A DNA stretch of 64,000 nucleotides from Candidatus Eiseniibacteriota bacterium (GCA_963702435.1 CAVPCR010000005.1:192001-256000); one strand, 5' to 3'; shown: positions 24,058 to 35,282, counted from the stretch's first letter. The notes: generated by a model from the letters alone, not told the origin. Numbers and translations: made by a program.

Positions 24058-27000
24058 TTCTCGTTCCGGTAGGCCTCGCGGTTCCGCGCCCGCACCGGGC
24101 CGAACGCGGCCTTGACCGGCGGCTTCTCGGCATGGAGGCGCAGGACCTCCTGAATCCCGCGCTCGAGCTGCGCGTCGATCCCCTTCGCCACCTCCTCCGG
24201 CCGGTTGTCGAGCTCGATGTCGGGGATGACGCCGCGGTTCTCGAGCTCCCAACCCACGTGCGGGTCCCAGTAGGCGTACTCGGGCTGGGTCAGCATGCCG
24301 CCGTCGACCAGCGGCTTGTCGCCGCGGAGACCGACCACTCCGCCCCACGAGCGCGTCCCGATCACCGGGGCGAGCTTCTCGAGCTGCACCGACATCGGGA
24401 AGATGTCGCCGTCAGACCCGGCGAACTCGTTGGTGAGCACAACGAAGGGCCCGTTCAACGTGCGATAGGGATAGGTGTAGACGCCGCCGCCGCGGGCGCG
24501 GTCGAAGCTCACGATCTTCCGCCGCAGCCGCTCGAGGATGAGCTGCGAGACGAAACCGCCGCCGTTCCACCGCGCATCCACGATCAGCCCCTCCCTGTCG
24601 AGCTGCGGATAGAACCAGGTGTCGAAGCGGGTGAGCCCGTCCGCGTCCATGTCGGGGAGATGGAGGTAGCCGATCCGGCCGCCGGTCTTCTCCGCCACGT
24701 ACTCGCGATTGCGGCGCACCCAGTCGACATAGCGGAGCGGTTGCTCGCTCTTGAGCGGCGTCACGACCACGTCGCGGGCGTCCTTCGCGCTCGGTCGCGA
24801 GTTGACCGTGAGGAGGACCGGTTTCCCGGCGAGGGCGGCCAGACTCGCGAGGAACGCCTCGCCGGCCGCGAACGGCCGGCGGTTCACGGCCAGGATGTAG
24901 TCCCCTTCCTTCACCTCGACGCCGGGCTCGGCGAGCGGCGAGCGCACGATGTCCGCCGCATCTCCCCGGTAGATGCGGGTCACCTTGAACGCATCGCCCT
25001 CGCGCACGAGGTCGGCGCCGAGGAGCCCGGTCGCGACCGCCGGCACCGTCACGCCGCGGTCGCCGCCCCAGACATAGGTGTGCGAGGTCGAGAGCTCGCC
25101 GATCATCTCGGCGATCAGATCGCGGAGGTCGGCGCGGCTCCCGAGCCGCGGGAGGAGTGTTGCGTACTGGTCGCGGATCGCGGGCCAGTCGACCCCGCCC
25201 ATGCCCGGATCCCAGTAGAAGTCGCGCTCGAGCCGCCACGCCTCGTAGTACATCTGCTCCCACTCGGCGCGCGGGTCGAGCTCGATCACCATCCCGTCGA
25301 GCGCGAGCTTCGCGTCGGCGAGGTCCTCCTCGGCGGGCGCGGCGCCGCCGTCCACCACGTAGATCTCGCCCTTCTTCTTCATCACCGCGAGCCGGCCCGA
25401 GTGCGGAGCGAGGGCGTAGGTGGTGACGCCCTCCATGAAGAGCTCCTCCTCCTTGGCCACGAGGTCATAGGAGTAGAGATCGTTCCTCGGCTCCTCGCTC
25501 TCGAGCTCGCTGATGCCGACGATCGGGGCCGACAGGTAGAAGAGCTTGTCCCTGGCCGCCGTGAGTCCCATGTAGAGACCGGGCTCGACCGGCACCTCGA
25601 CCACGCGGGCGGCGAGGCCGTCGAAGTCGATCCCCACCGACTCGAGATCCTCGCCCGGCTTCTGCCGCGCCTTCTCCTCCTCTTCCTTCTCGCGCGCCCA
25701 CTTCTCGTCCGCCGCTTCGGCGCCCGGGAGGCCGGCGAGCGGCGCGAACGGATTCTCGACGTCCTTCCGGAGCAGCATGACGTAGGGCTTGATGGTGGCG
25801 AGCTCGACATTCGAGAAGTCGCGCGCCCCCCAGCTGGTGACCGGATCCACCGTGCGCTCGCTCAGGAAGAAGAGATAGCGACCGTCGGGATCCCACACCG
25901 GTTCCGTGTCGCTCGTGTGGGGCCCGCTCACCACGTGCGTCTTCCAGTCGCGCGTGTCGAAGATCGAGATGGTCGAGAACTCGGACCGAGGGAGCTTTGC
26001 GTAGGCGAGCCACCGCCCGTCCGGACTCCACGTGTAGTGGCGGATCTCCCCCTGCTCGCTCCGGTCCACGCGGTGGATCTCGCCGCCGGCGGCCGGCATC
26101 ACGTAGAGGGTCTGCGTCTCGTCGCTGTAGGCGATCCACTTGCCGTCGGGCGAGGGGACCGGCGGATAGTGCCAGCCCGTGCTGTCGCCGGCGGGCGCGA
26201 GCGGCTTCGCCTCGCCGCGGCCCCACGCATCCACCGTGTAGATCCGCTCCTCGCGCCCGGCGTCGCTCACGTAGAAGAGCCGTTCGCCCCTTGCATCGAA
26301 GAGGGCGAACTTCTCGCGCGAGCCGCTCCCGCCCGAGATCGGGAGAGTCACCCCGCTCACGCCGTCCGTCTTGACCGGCACGACGAAGATCTCGCCGCGG
26401 CTCACGACCGCGACCCGGTCGCCGTCGGGCGCGAGATCGAAGTAGGTCACGTACTGCTCGGGATTCGGGTAGCGCACGCGGGTGAGCGCCCGCTCGCTCG
26501 GGAGGTCGATCGCGAGCTTCACGTCGGTGCCGTACGCCGGGTCGAAGAGATGGATGTCGCCGGCGCGCATGTAGACGATGCGGCCGTCCGGCCCCATCGC
26601 CGGCCAGCGCGCATCCCACGACCCGCCGTCGGTGTGCCGCCGGCGATCCGTCCCGTCGGCGGCCATGGACCAGATGTTCGCTCGTGCCGCCCTCGTCGCA
26701 GCGGAAGTATATGCGTCCCGCGTGCCACATCGGGAAGCCGTCCGGGCCGGCGAAGCTCGTGATCTTCCGCCAGTCGGCGCGTTCGGGATGCCCGACCCAG
26801 ATGTCGGTCGCGGAGCCGCCCCGGTAGCGCTTCCAGGAGGCGTCCTCGGAGTACGAGCTCCGGGTGAAGGCCCATTGCCCGCTCGTCGGGTTGATGTCGA
26901 TCAGCGCGGCGTAACCGAGGGGCAGCTTCTCCGGATCGCCGCCGGCCGCGGCGACCGAGTAGAGCTCCCAGTTGCCGTGTGGCTCCTCGCGGCTCGAGCG

Positions 27001-27378
27001 GAAGAGGATGCGCGAGCCGTCCGGGGTCCAGCCCACCACGTCGTCCGCGTCGGGATGCCAGGTCAGGCGCCGCGGCTCGCCGCCGGCGATCGAGATCAAG
27101 TACACGTCGCGGTTCCCGTCGTACTCGCCGGTGAACGCGATCGTCCGCCCGTCCGGCGAGAAGCGCGGGTAGTACTCGTAGCCGTCATGCGTCGTGAGCC
27201 GCCGGCTGCCCCCACCCTTGTCGGTCGTCATCCAGAGATCCGACTCGGCGACGAAGATGACCATCGAGCCGTGGATGTCGGGATGGCGGAGGTAGCCGGT
27301 GGCGGCGGCGGCCGGGGCGGAGGGGGTGGCCACGACGGCGACCGAGAGTGACAGGAGCGCGAGAACGAGCGGACGCAT
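24054..27378 (-). CDS. Tricorn protease homolog (S41), split by a +1 frameshift near 26682
   Basis: Signal peptide plus GYLRHPDIHG and PD40 propellers in one frame. PDZ, HTYV, RWNGGG, AGSDGDIF, GTRSWGG and ENRGV.PD in another frame. Removing one base restores GTANIWSMAADG. Confidence 0.88.
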
Positions 27379-27598
27379 CGGTGATCCCTCATGTGGAACC
27401 GCTGGCAGACAACGATGGCTCCGGAGGGTACTCCTCGTCCGCCAGGGCTGCAATGCCGCGCCCAGGTGCGCCGCTCTCGTCAGCCCCGCTCGGTACGGCT
27501 GGGACGCATGAACGAGCCTCCGCGCTTGCCGGCGCGGACCGGACCCGTCCCACCTCCGGGTAGCGGGCCCGCGGTCGGTCTACGTCCGGGGCGTTGCC

Positions 27599-27699
27599 AC
27601 CTGCCCCGCGTCAAACGCTGTCGGGTCTTGCGAACTCCTCGTGCGGCCCTCCCTTGACCTGCCCCGCGTCAAACGCTGTCGGGTCTTGTGAACTCCTCG
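27599..27699 (+). repeat. 43-bp direct repeat x2 (period 58), IS3-family-end-like
   Basis: acctgccccgcgtcaaacgctgtcgggtcttg(c/t)gaactcctcg at 27599 and 27657, with one mismatch. Confidence 0.85.
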
Positions 27700-27870
27700 G
27701 TGGAGAGCGCAAGACCGGTAAAGGCGCACATTGCACGAACCGTACCGCTGGAAGAAGAGAGGATCCCGGAGACAATGTCCTTCTCGAGCGTTAGCGCGCC
27801 ACGCGCCCGCCAGCTCATCTTCGAGTGCTCACGCCGTTGTCACTTTCGACAACTACGCTTCAGACGCGGC

Positions 27871-28659
27871 TCACGCTCTCGTCGCCACGAGCAGGAGACG
27901 ATCGGACTCCGCCGTGTACGGCCGCCCGTCGAGATCGGCGAAGCCACGAAGCCCGAAGAAGCCGGCGCCGGCGACGAGCGCGCACAACTCCGGATGGGTG
28001 TGGAGGCGGTAGGAGCAGTGCCGCTTCTCGACCACCGGACCGCGGATGTAGCTTGTCACCGACTCGACGCGCCGGCTCGCCGGATCGAAGGACTGCTCGA
28101 TCAGGACGAGGACATCGCCGGTGCGATAGGTGGTCCGCGGCGCGAAGGGCGGCGGGCCGGGCGGAGCCACGTGGCGCGTGTCGAGGAGGAAGCGACCGCC
28201 GGGAACGAGGGCGCGCTGCACGGCCGCGAGGAAAGCGGCGTTCCCATCGTCGGCGAAGTAGCCGAAGCTGTTCCCGAAACAGAGGGCCGCGTCGAACGCC
28301 GCCGTCCACTCGAGTTCGCGCATGTCGCGTTCCACGAAGTCGAGGGCGAGCGAGCCCTCCGCGGCGACTGCACGCGCCGCCGCGATCTGCGCGCTCCCGA
28401 TGTCGACGCCCGTCCCGGTGATCCCGCGCGCAGCCAGGGCGATCAGGTGCCGCCCATCGCCGCACGGCACGTCGAGAAGCCGCGCCCCCGGGGCGAGGGC
28501 GAGGGCGCGCGTTATGAAGTCGGCCTCGGCTCGGGTGACCTCGGGCGGGTGCGCCGCGAGCCACGAGTCGAGCGCGACACCGGTGAAGTGACCGGACCAT
28601 GCCGCCGCGGGATCGGGCGGCTCGGGTGCAGGTGGATTGCGGGCGCCGGCTTTACTCAT
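27871..28659 (-). CDS. Class I SAM-dependent methyltransferase
   Basis: LLDVPCGDGRH, GVDI, RDMREL, FGNSFGYF and LVPGGRFLLD. Confidence 0.88.
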   Translation of the reverse strand: MSKAGARNPPAPEPPDPAAAWSGHFTGVALDSWLAAHPPEVTRAEADFITRALALAPGARLLDVPCGDGRHLIALAARGITGTGVDIGSAQIAAARAVAAEGSLALDFVERDMRELEWTAAFDAALCFGNSFGYFADDGNAAFLAAVQRALVPGGRFLLDTRHVAPPGPPPFAPRTTYRTGDVLVLIEQSFDPASRRVESVTSYIRGPVVEKRHCSYRLHTHPELCALVAGAGFFGLRGFADLDGRPYTAESDRLLLVATRA

Positions 28660-28685
28660 CGGCTTTACTCATCGGCTTTACTCAT
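28647..28685 (-). repeat. 13-bp x3 tandem repeat ATGAGTAAAGCCG containing the start codon
   Basis: cggctttactcat at 28647, 28660 and 28673 (perfect copies). Confidence 0.95.
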
Positions 28686-28809
28686 GTTTGACCCTCGGGC
28701 GGGCCGTCGAGGCGGTACCATGCCCGGAGCGGACGCCACCATCCTGGCCCGGCGCGCCGCGAGGAAGCAAGGGGCCGCGCGCACCAGAGCGGAGAGGGGG
28801 CGGGCAAGC

Positions 28810-29496
28810 ATGGCGATACGGGTCCTCGTCGTCGAGGACGAGCCCGGGCTCCGCCGGGCGCTCGTCGACCTCCTCACCGGGGCCGGCCACGAAGCCGTGG
28901 GCGCGGCCGACGGCGCGGCCGCGGTCGAGCGCGCCCTGGCCAGCCACTTCGATCTCGTCCTCCTCGATCGCATGCTGCCCCGGCTCGACGGCATCGAGGT
29001 GGCGCGGCGGCTCAAGGCCCGCCGGCCGGGCCTCGCCATCATCATGCTCACCGCGCGCGGCTCGGAGGACGACAAGGTCGAGGGGCTGCAGAGCGGGGCC
29101 GACGATTACGTGACCAAGCCCTTCGGTGCGCGCGAGCTGCTCGCGCGCGTCGAGGCCGCCGAGCGGCGGATCCGCGCCACGCGCCCCGCCGTCGATCGCC
29201 TGGTCGCCGACGGCTGCGATCTGGATCTCGGCCGGCACGAAGCGCGGCGCGCCGGGGAGAGCGTCGCCCTGACCGCGCGCGAGGTCGCCATCCTCCGCCT
29301 CCTCCATCAGCACAAGCTGCGCGCGGTGAGCCGCGGCGAGTTCCTCGAGCAGATCTGGGACTCGCCCCCCGACCTCGACACGCGCACCGTCGACATGACG
29401 ATCGCCAACCTGCGCCAGAAGATCGAGCGCAATCCGGCAGAGCCGCGCATCATCCTCACCGTGAAGGGCGTCGGCTACGCGTGGGGCGAGCCATGA
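28810..29496 (+). CDS. OmpR-family response regulator
   Basis: VLVVEDE, LLDRMLP, GADDYVTKPF and a winged helix (RTVDMTIANLRQKIE...TVKGVGY). Confidence 0.95.
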   Translation: MAIRVLVVEDEPGLRRALVDLLTGAGHEAVGAADGAAAVERALASHFDLVLLDRMLPRLDGIEVARRLKARRPGLAIIMLTARGSEDDKVEGLQSGADDYVTKPFGARELLARVEAAERRIRATRPAVDRLVADGCDLDLGRHEARRAGESVALTAREVAILRLLHQHKLRAVSRGEFLEQIWDSPPDLDTRTVDMTIANLRQKIERNPAEPRIILTVKGVGYAWGEP

Positions 29497-31175
29497 GCGC
29501 CTGGCAGCGCCATCGGGGGCGCATCGCGGCGGCGGTGATCCTGACCGCGCTCGCCGTCGCAGTGCCGGCGATCGCGTGGTACGTGGCCGGCTCGCGGGCG
29601 GCTGCGCGCGAGGCGGCCGACATCGAGCGCTCGGCGCGCGACATCGCGCGCAACGAGGCGCTCCGGCTGGCGGAGCGCCTGGCCGGACGGCTCGAGGCCA
29701 TTCGCTACGCCGAGTCGCGGCGGCCCACCTATCACTACGAACACGCCTATCATGACCCGGCGAGCACCTGCGAGTGCGCGGCGCTCACGCCCTCGCCGCT
29801 CGCCCACGGCCCGAACGATCCGCTCATCCGCGCCTATCTCCAGCTCGATGCGCGCGGGCGGCTCTCGGTGCCCACGGTCGCGACGACGCCCGAAGGGGCG
29901 CCGGGCGGCGGCATGCCGGCAGCCCACGCCGATCGGGCGTGGGCCGACGAGCAGGCGCGCATCGCGGCAGAGCTCGCTGCGGACACCGCGGCGCTGGCCG
30001 CGGCGCTCGACGCGCTGGCGGGCGAGAGCGCGCCCGCGGACCCCGGCGAGTTCGAGTGGCGGACGGTGCCGCTCGGCGGCGAGCCGGCGCTCATCGCGAT
30101 GCGCCACGTGACAGCGGCCGCGGCGCCGGGAACGCTGGCCGCCACCACGGCAGCGGTGGCGCCGGGCGGCGCGGCGAGCGTGATCCAGGGCGTGGTCATC
30201 TCGATGGATGCGGTCCGCGATCTGCTCCGCGGCTCGGCGTTCCCCGCCCTCTTCCTGGCCGGCGAACCACAGCTCGACGAGGCCGATGTCGCGGCCGTCG
30301 TCCCCATCGAGTGCGTGACCTGGCGGGTCACCGTCGATGCGGAGCACGAGATCGCCGCCGCCCGGGTCCGCGCGCGCGAAGCGATCGCCAGCTTCCGGCG
30401 GAGCTTCCTCCTGGGAAGCGGCACGGCGCTCATCGCCGGCCTCTTCGTGATCGGCCTCGTCTGGCAGACCGAGCGGCTCGCGCGCCAGCGCTCGCGCTTC
30501 GCGGCCGCCGCGGCCCATGAACTCCGCACGCCGCTCGCGGGGCTCCGCCTCCAGGCCGAGATGCTGGCCGAGGGCCTCGGCGACCCGACCCGGGCCCGCT
30601 CCTATGCGCTGAGCCTCGTCGCCGAGACCGAGCGGCTCGGGCGCGTGGTCTCGAACGTCCTCGACTACGCGCGCCTCGAGCGGGCCGCGCTCACGGTCCA
30701 GCTCGAGGCGGGCCACCTGGCCGCCGCCCTGCGCGAGTACCTGGCGCGCCTGCGCCCGGCGCTCGAGGAGAACGGCGCCCGCATCGAGCTCGAGATCGCG
30801 GACGACCTGCCGCCGGTGCGCTTCGATCGCGACGCTCTCTTCCACATCCTCCAGAATCTGCTCGACAACGCAGAAAAATACACGCGCGGGGCCGCCGATC
30901 GCACGATCACGGTGCGGCTCGCCGCCCACGGCCGCGAGGCGGTGACGCTCACGGTCGCCGATCACGGGCCCGGCGTCCCCGCGGCCGCGAGGCCCCGCCT
31001 CTTCCGACCCTTCCAGGGAGCCCTCGACCCCAACTCGCCCGCCGGGCTCGGCCTCGGCCTCGCCCTCGTCGCGAGCCTGGCCCGCGCCCACGGCGGGCAG
31101 GTGGACCTCGCCGACACTCCGGGCGGCGGCGCGAGCTTCACCGTGACGCTCCCGGCAGGCGGCCCCGCCGCTTGA
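29493..31175 (+). CDS. Membrane sensor histidine kinase
   Basis: Two TM segments, AHELRTPL, NLLDNAEKY, DHGPG and GLGLGL. ATGA overlap with the regulator. Confidence 0.93.
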   Translation: MSAWQRHRGRIAAAVILTALAVAVPAIAWYVAGSRAAAREAADIERSARDIARNEALRLAERLAGRLEAIRYAESRRPTYHYEHAYHDPASTCECAALTPSPLAHGPNDPLIRAYLQLDARGRLSVPTVATTPEGAPGGGMPAAHADRAWADEQARIAAELAADTAALAAALDALAGESAPADPGEFEWRTVPLGGEPALIAMRHVTAAAAPGTLAATTAAVAPGGAASVIQGVVISMDAVRDLLRGSAFPALFLAGEPQLDEADVAAVVPIECVTWRVTVDAEHEIAAARVRAREAIASFRRSFLLGSGTALIAGLFVIGLVWQTERLARQRSRFAAAAAHELRTPLAGLRLQAEMLAEGLGDPTRARSYALSLVAETERLGRVVSNVLDYARLERAALTVQLEAGHLAAALREYLARLRPALEENGARIELEIADDLPPVRFDRDALFHILQNLLDNAEKYTRGAADRTITVRLAAHGREAVTLTVADHGPGVPAAARPRLFRPFQGALDPNSPAGLGLGLALVASLARAHGGQVDLADTPGGGASFTVTLPAGGPAA

Positions 31176-31307
31176 TGGCGACAGGCGGCTCCTGATCGGG
31201 TATCTTGTCAGCCACCTCCCGAACAGCATCGGCCTCGCAAGCGCCGCCGCCACGGCCGGACAGGCCCGCTGGTCCCGTTGTCCCCATCATCCAAGGAGAG
31301 AACGATC

Positions 31308-32259
31308 ATGGCAGATCGGAAGATCATCGCTGTCCTCGGCGCGACCGGCGCCCAGGGCGGCGGCCTGGTGCGCGCCATCCTCGAACGACCCGCAGGGCGG
31401 CTTCGCGGCCCGCGCGCTCACCAGGAACGTGAACTCGGACAAGGCCAGGGAGCTGGCCCGGCTCGGCGCCGAGGTCGTCGCCGCCGACGTGGACAGCGAG
31501 GAGAGCCTGAAGAAGGCGTTCACCGGCGCCTACGGCGCCTACTGCGTCACCTTCTTCTGGGATCACTTCTCCCCCGAGAAGGAGCTCGCCGCAGGCCGGC
31601 GCCATGGCCGGCGCGGCGAAGGCCGCGGGCTTGAAGCACGTCATCTGGTCCACGCTCGAGGACACCCGGAAGTGGGTGCCGCTCTCCGACGACCGCATGC
31701 CGACGCTCATGGGCAAGTACAAGGTCCCGCACTTCGACGCCAAGGGCGAGGCCGACCAGCTGTTCATCCGATCCGGCGTGCCGACCACGTTCCTGCTGAC
31801 CTCGTTCTACTGGGACAACTTCATCCACTTCGGCATGGGCCCCAAGAAGGGACCCGACGGCAAGCTCGCCATCACGATGCCGATGGGCGACAAGAAGCTC
31901 CCCGGCATCGCCGCCGAGGACATCGGCGGTGCGCCTACGGCATCTTCAAGGCCGGATCCCAGTACATCGGGAAGACGGTGGGCATCGCCGGCGAGCATCT
32001 CACCGGCGCCCAGATGGCCACGGGCTTCACCCAGGCCCTCGGCCAGGACGTGCGCTACAACGCGGTCGAGCCCGAGGTGTTCCGCGGCTTCGGCTTCCCC
32101 GGCGCCGAGGATCTCGGCAACATGTTCCAGTTCAAGCGTGACTTCGAGGCGGCCTTCTGTGGCGCGCGCTCGATCGCCGTTTCTCGCGCGCTGAATCCGT
32201 CGCTCCAGTCGTTCAGCGAGTGGCTCCAGCGGAACAAGAGCCGGATCCCCCTCGCGTAG
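31308..32259 (+). pseudogene. NmrA/HSCARG-family NAD(P)-binding protein with three apparent frameshifts (or sequencing errors)
   Basis: IAVLGATGAQGG, TFFWDH, KHVIWSTLED, VPHFDAKG and GFPGAEDLGNMF are distributed over three frames. Shifts occur near 31385, 31595 and 31928. Confidence 0.8.
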
Positions 32260-32379
32260 GAGCCGGTCAGACCTGGGCCGGCCGCGGCGCTCGAGCGCGG
32301 CGGCCGGCCTCACCCCCCGCCCCGCCCGCGGCCAGCGGGCGTATACTGCGAGCTCACCGGATCCGAGGAGGACAGGCCG

Positions 32380-33315
32380 ATGAGCTTCCAGATCCAGAGC
32401 GGCGAGCGGCCCGAGCTCGCGCCGCTCGCCGCGGGCGATGCGCCCGCGGCCGGCGCCATCATCTATCGCGCGATCGCCCGCGCCTTCCGCGATCACGGGC
32501 TACCCGAGCCGATCGCCGACGAGGCCCAGGGCGAACGCCTGGCGCGGCTCTACCTCACGCTCGACCCCGAGGGGTGCCTGGTCGCGCGCCACGACGGCGC
32601 GCCGATCGGCGCCGGTTTCCTGCACGTGCGCGACGAGGTCGCTTCCCTCGGGCCGGTGGTTGTCGATCCGTCGCACCAGGGCCAGGGCGCCGGCACGCAG
32701 CTGTTCGAGGCGCTCGCCGACCGCGCCGCCCGCTGCGCGTCGACACGCCTCTTCGTCGATGCCTTCAATGTGCGCGCGTTCGGCATCCCGCTCCGGCGCG
32801 GCTTCGAGCCGCGGGACCTCGGGCTCCGGCTCGTCGCCCTCGGCGGCCTGCGCGGGCCGGGCATGCTCGCGACGATCGCTCCCGCGCCGGTGCGCGAGCT
32901 CACGCTCGACCTCTTGCCGGCCGTGGTCCGCTTCGATGCGGGCTTCTACGGCGGGTCCCGCGAGCGCGATCTCCGCGCTCACCTGGCGAGCGGCGGCCGC
33001 GGTCTCGTCGCCGAGGAGGGCGGCCAGGTGCGGGGCTATCTCTGCGGGCGCGTCGAGGGGCACCTCGCGACGATCGGCCCGGGGAGCGCCGAGTCGGCCG
33101 ACCTCCTCGCCACGCTCCTCGCGCGCCTCGGCGAGGAGCTCAGCGCGAGCGCCAACATCTTCCTCACCTACGTCCTCGCCTCGCAGTCGGCGGTCGTCAC
33201 CGCCGCATTCGCGATGGGCTTTCGTGTCACGAACCTCTCCGTGTACATGGTGCGCGGCGCCTACACCCCGGTCAAGCACCCCGCCGTGATCGGCTGTCCG
33301 CCCGACGTCGTGTAA
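32380..33315 (+). CDS. GNAT-family acetyltransferase (tandem domains)
   Basis: LGPVVVDPSHQGQGAG acetyl-CoA motif, and a second domain with IGPG. Good RBS (GAGGAGG). Confidence 0.8.
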   Translation: MSFQIQSGERPELAPLAAGDAPAAGAIIYRAIARAFRDHGLPEPIADEAQGERLARLYLTLDPEGCLVARHDGAPIGAGFLHVRDEVASLGPVVVDPSHQGQGAGTQLFEALADRAARCASTRLFVDAFNVRAFGIPLRRGFEPRDLGLRLVALGGLRGPGMLATIAPAPVRELTLDLLPAVVRFDAGFYGGSRERDLRAHLASGGRGLVAEEGGQVRGYLCGRVEGHLATIGPGSAESADLLATLLARLGEELSASANIFLTYVLASQSAVVTAAFAMGFRVTNLSVYMVRGAYTPVKHPAVIGCPPDVV

Positions 33316-33340
33316 CCAGGCCGCGAAGGATCCCCCCCCC

Positions 33341-35260
33341 ATGCGCATTGAATCCCTGCTCTCGGCCCGCCTCTTCCTCGCGCCCGAGATCGCCGCCGGG
33401 CGCCTCTACTTCGTAAGCGACCTGAGCGGGCGGCTCTCCCTCTACGCGATGGAGGCCCGTCCCGGCGGCAGCGTGCCCGAGCCGCTCCTGCCACCGTCGA
33501 TCGCACTCCAGAACCCGCATCTCCTGGGCGGCCGTCCGTTCGCTGTGTTTCCCGCGCTCGGGAAGATCATCGTGATGCTCGATCGGGACGGCGATGAGAA
33601 CTACCAGCCGGTGGCGATCCCGCTCGCCGGCGGCTTCCCGGAGCCGGCCTTCGGCGACCGGCTCGCGGGCGATCGCGTGCGCATGGGCCGCGTCGACCGG
33701 ACGCGCGGCCTCGTCTACCTCGGCGCCGAGTCGCGGCGCGAGGCGGTCCACCGCGCCTACCGCGGTGACGTGGCGAGCGGGAAGCTCGAGCTCCTCGGCG
33801 AGAGCAAGTGGGGCGCGATTCCGGTGGCGCACGCCGCAGATCATTCCCGCGTGCTCCTCGCCGACGGCTACACCGGGGGCGATGTCGTCCTCTTCGAGTG
33901 GCGGGCAGGGCAAGGCGGGGCGCGGCGGGCGCTCCTCTACGGCACGCCGCTCGAATCCCGCCGTCCGGGACACGACTATCCGCTCTCGGCGATCGGCTAC
34001 TGCCAGTACGTCGCCGGGGACACGGGCCTCCTCCTCGTCCACGCGCTCCACTCCGACCACTACAGCCTCGGCTACCTGGATCTGCACAAGCCGGCGGCGA
34101 TCGAGCGGGTGAAGATCGCCGGCATCGTGCACACCGGCTCCGGCGAGCTCACCGCGATCGAGCATCTCGCCGCCGACCGCTTCACGGTGAGCTACAACAT
34201 CGACGGCTGTTCATGGCTCTACGAGGGCCGCTTCGACGAGGCGGACTTGACGCTCGTCCTCGACCGCGTCCTCTGCGGCATGGGCGACTTCGCGCATGGC
34301 GTCCTCCAGTCGGCGAGCTACGACGAGGCGAGCGCGACCCACGTCTTCTCCTTCTCGACCGCCACCGCACCGAGCCAGATCTGCTCGGTCGACGGCGGTC
34401 CCGGCCGCCCTGCCCCGGTGGCGCACACGCGCGAGCGCGTGCTCGGCCTCCCCGCCGAGTGGCTCGAGCCGGGCGAGGACGCCTCGTTCACGTCGTTCGA
34501 CGGGCTCCGCATCTCGGCCCGCCTGTATCGGCCGGCGCCGGCGCGCGAATTCCAGGGGCCACGCCCGCTCGTCTACTACATACACGGCGGGCCCCAGAGC
34601 CAGGAGCGACCCGACTTCTCCTGGTTCTCGATGCCGCTCATCCAGTTCCTCACGCTGAACGGATTCGCGGTGTTCGTGCCCAACGCTCGCGGCTCGGAAG
34701 GCTACGGCCTCTCCTACATGAAGCGGGTCGATCGCGACTGGGGTGGCGCGGATCGCCGCGACCACGTGCACGCGATGACCGAGGTCCTCGCGCGCGACCC
34801 GCGGCTCGACGTCGCGCGGGCCGGCGTGATCGGACGCTCCTACGGCGGGTACATGACCTTGACCCTGGCCAGCCGCCATCCCCAGCTATGGGCCGCCGCG
34901 GTCGACATGTTCGGGCCGTACGACCTCACGACCTTCGTGAGCCGCATCCCGGAGGCCTGGAAGCCGCACTTTGTGCTCGCGGTGGGCGACCCGGCCACCG
35001 AGCGGGACCTCCTCCTCGAGCGCTCCCCCGCCACCTACATCGAAGGGATCACCTGCCCGCTTCTCGTCATCCAGGGCCAGAACGACCCGCGGGTCGTCGA
35101 GCAGGAATCACGCGATGTGGTCGAGCGCCTGCGCGCGCTCGGCCGTGCAGTAGACTACCTCGTCTTCGCGGACGAGGGACACGACGTGCTCAAGTTCGAG
35201 AACAAGGTGACTTGCTACAACACGATCACCGAGTTCTTCACGAAGCACCTCAAGCCCTGA
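33341..35260 (+). CDS. S9 family prolyl/acylaminoacyl oligopeptidase
   Basis: IHGGP, PNARGSEGYG, GRSYGG, QGQNDPRV and DEGH triad. Confidence 0.93.
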   Translation: MRIESLLSARLFLAPEIAAGRLYFVSDLSGRLSLYAMEARPGGSVPEPLLPPSIALQNPHLLGGRPFAVFPALGKIIVMLDRDGDENYQPVAIPLAGGFPEPAFGDRLAGDRVRMGRVDRTRGLVYLGAESRREAVHRAYRGDVASGKLELLGESKWGAIPVAHAADHSRVLLADGYTGGDVVLFEWRAGQGGARRALLYGTPLESRRPGHDYPLSAIGYCQYVAGDTGLLLVHALHSDHYSLGYLDLHKPAAIERVKIAGIVHTGSGELTAIEHLAADRFTVSYNIDGCSWLYEGRFDEADLTLVLDRVLCGMGDFAHGVLQSASYDEASATHVFSFSTATAPSQICSVDGGPGRPAPVAHTRERVLGLPAEWLEPGEDASFTSFDGLRISARLYRPAPAREFQGPRPLVYYIHGGPQSQERPDFSWFSMPLIQFLTLNGFAVFVPNARGSEGYGLSYMKRVDRDWGGADRRDHVHAMTEVLARDPRLDVARAGVIGRSYGGYMTLTLASRHPQLWAAAVDMFGPYDLTTFVSRIPEAWKPHFVLAVGDPATERDLLLERSPATYIEGITCPLLVIQGQNDPRVVEQESRDVVERLRALGRAVDYLVFADEGHDVLKFENKVTCYNTITEFFTKHLKP

Positions 35261-35282
35261 CGGCCACCGGCAAGGCAGCCGC

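Noticed and set aside
26660..26700. Programmed frameshift in tricorn
   Set aside because: No slippery sequence, and a single extra base explains it.
27599..27699. Possible mini-CRISPR array
   Set aside because: Only two 43-bp copies with a 15-bp spacer, and no cas genes.
27730..27800. attC-like end (GCGTTAGCGC)
   Set aside because: No convincing RYYYAAC inverse core or stem, and no integrase or cassette.
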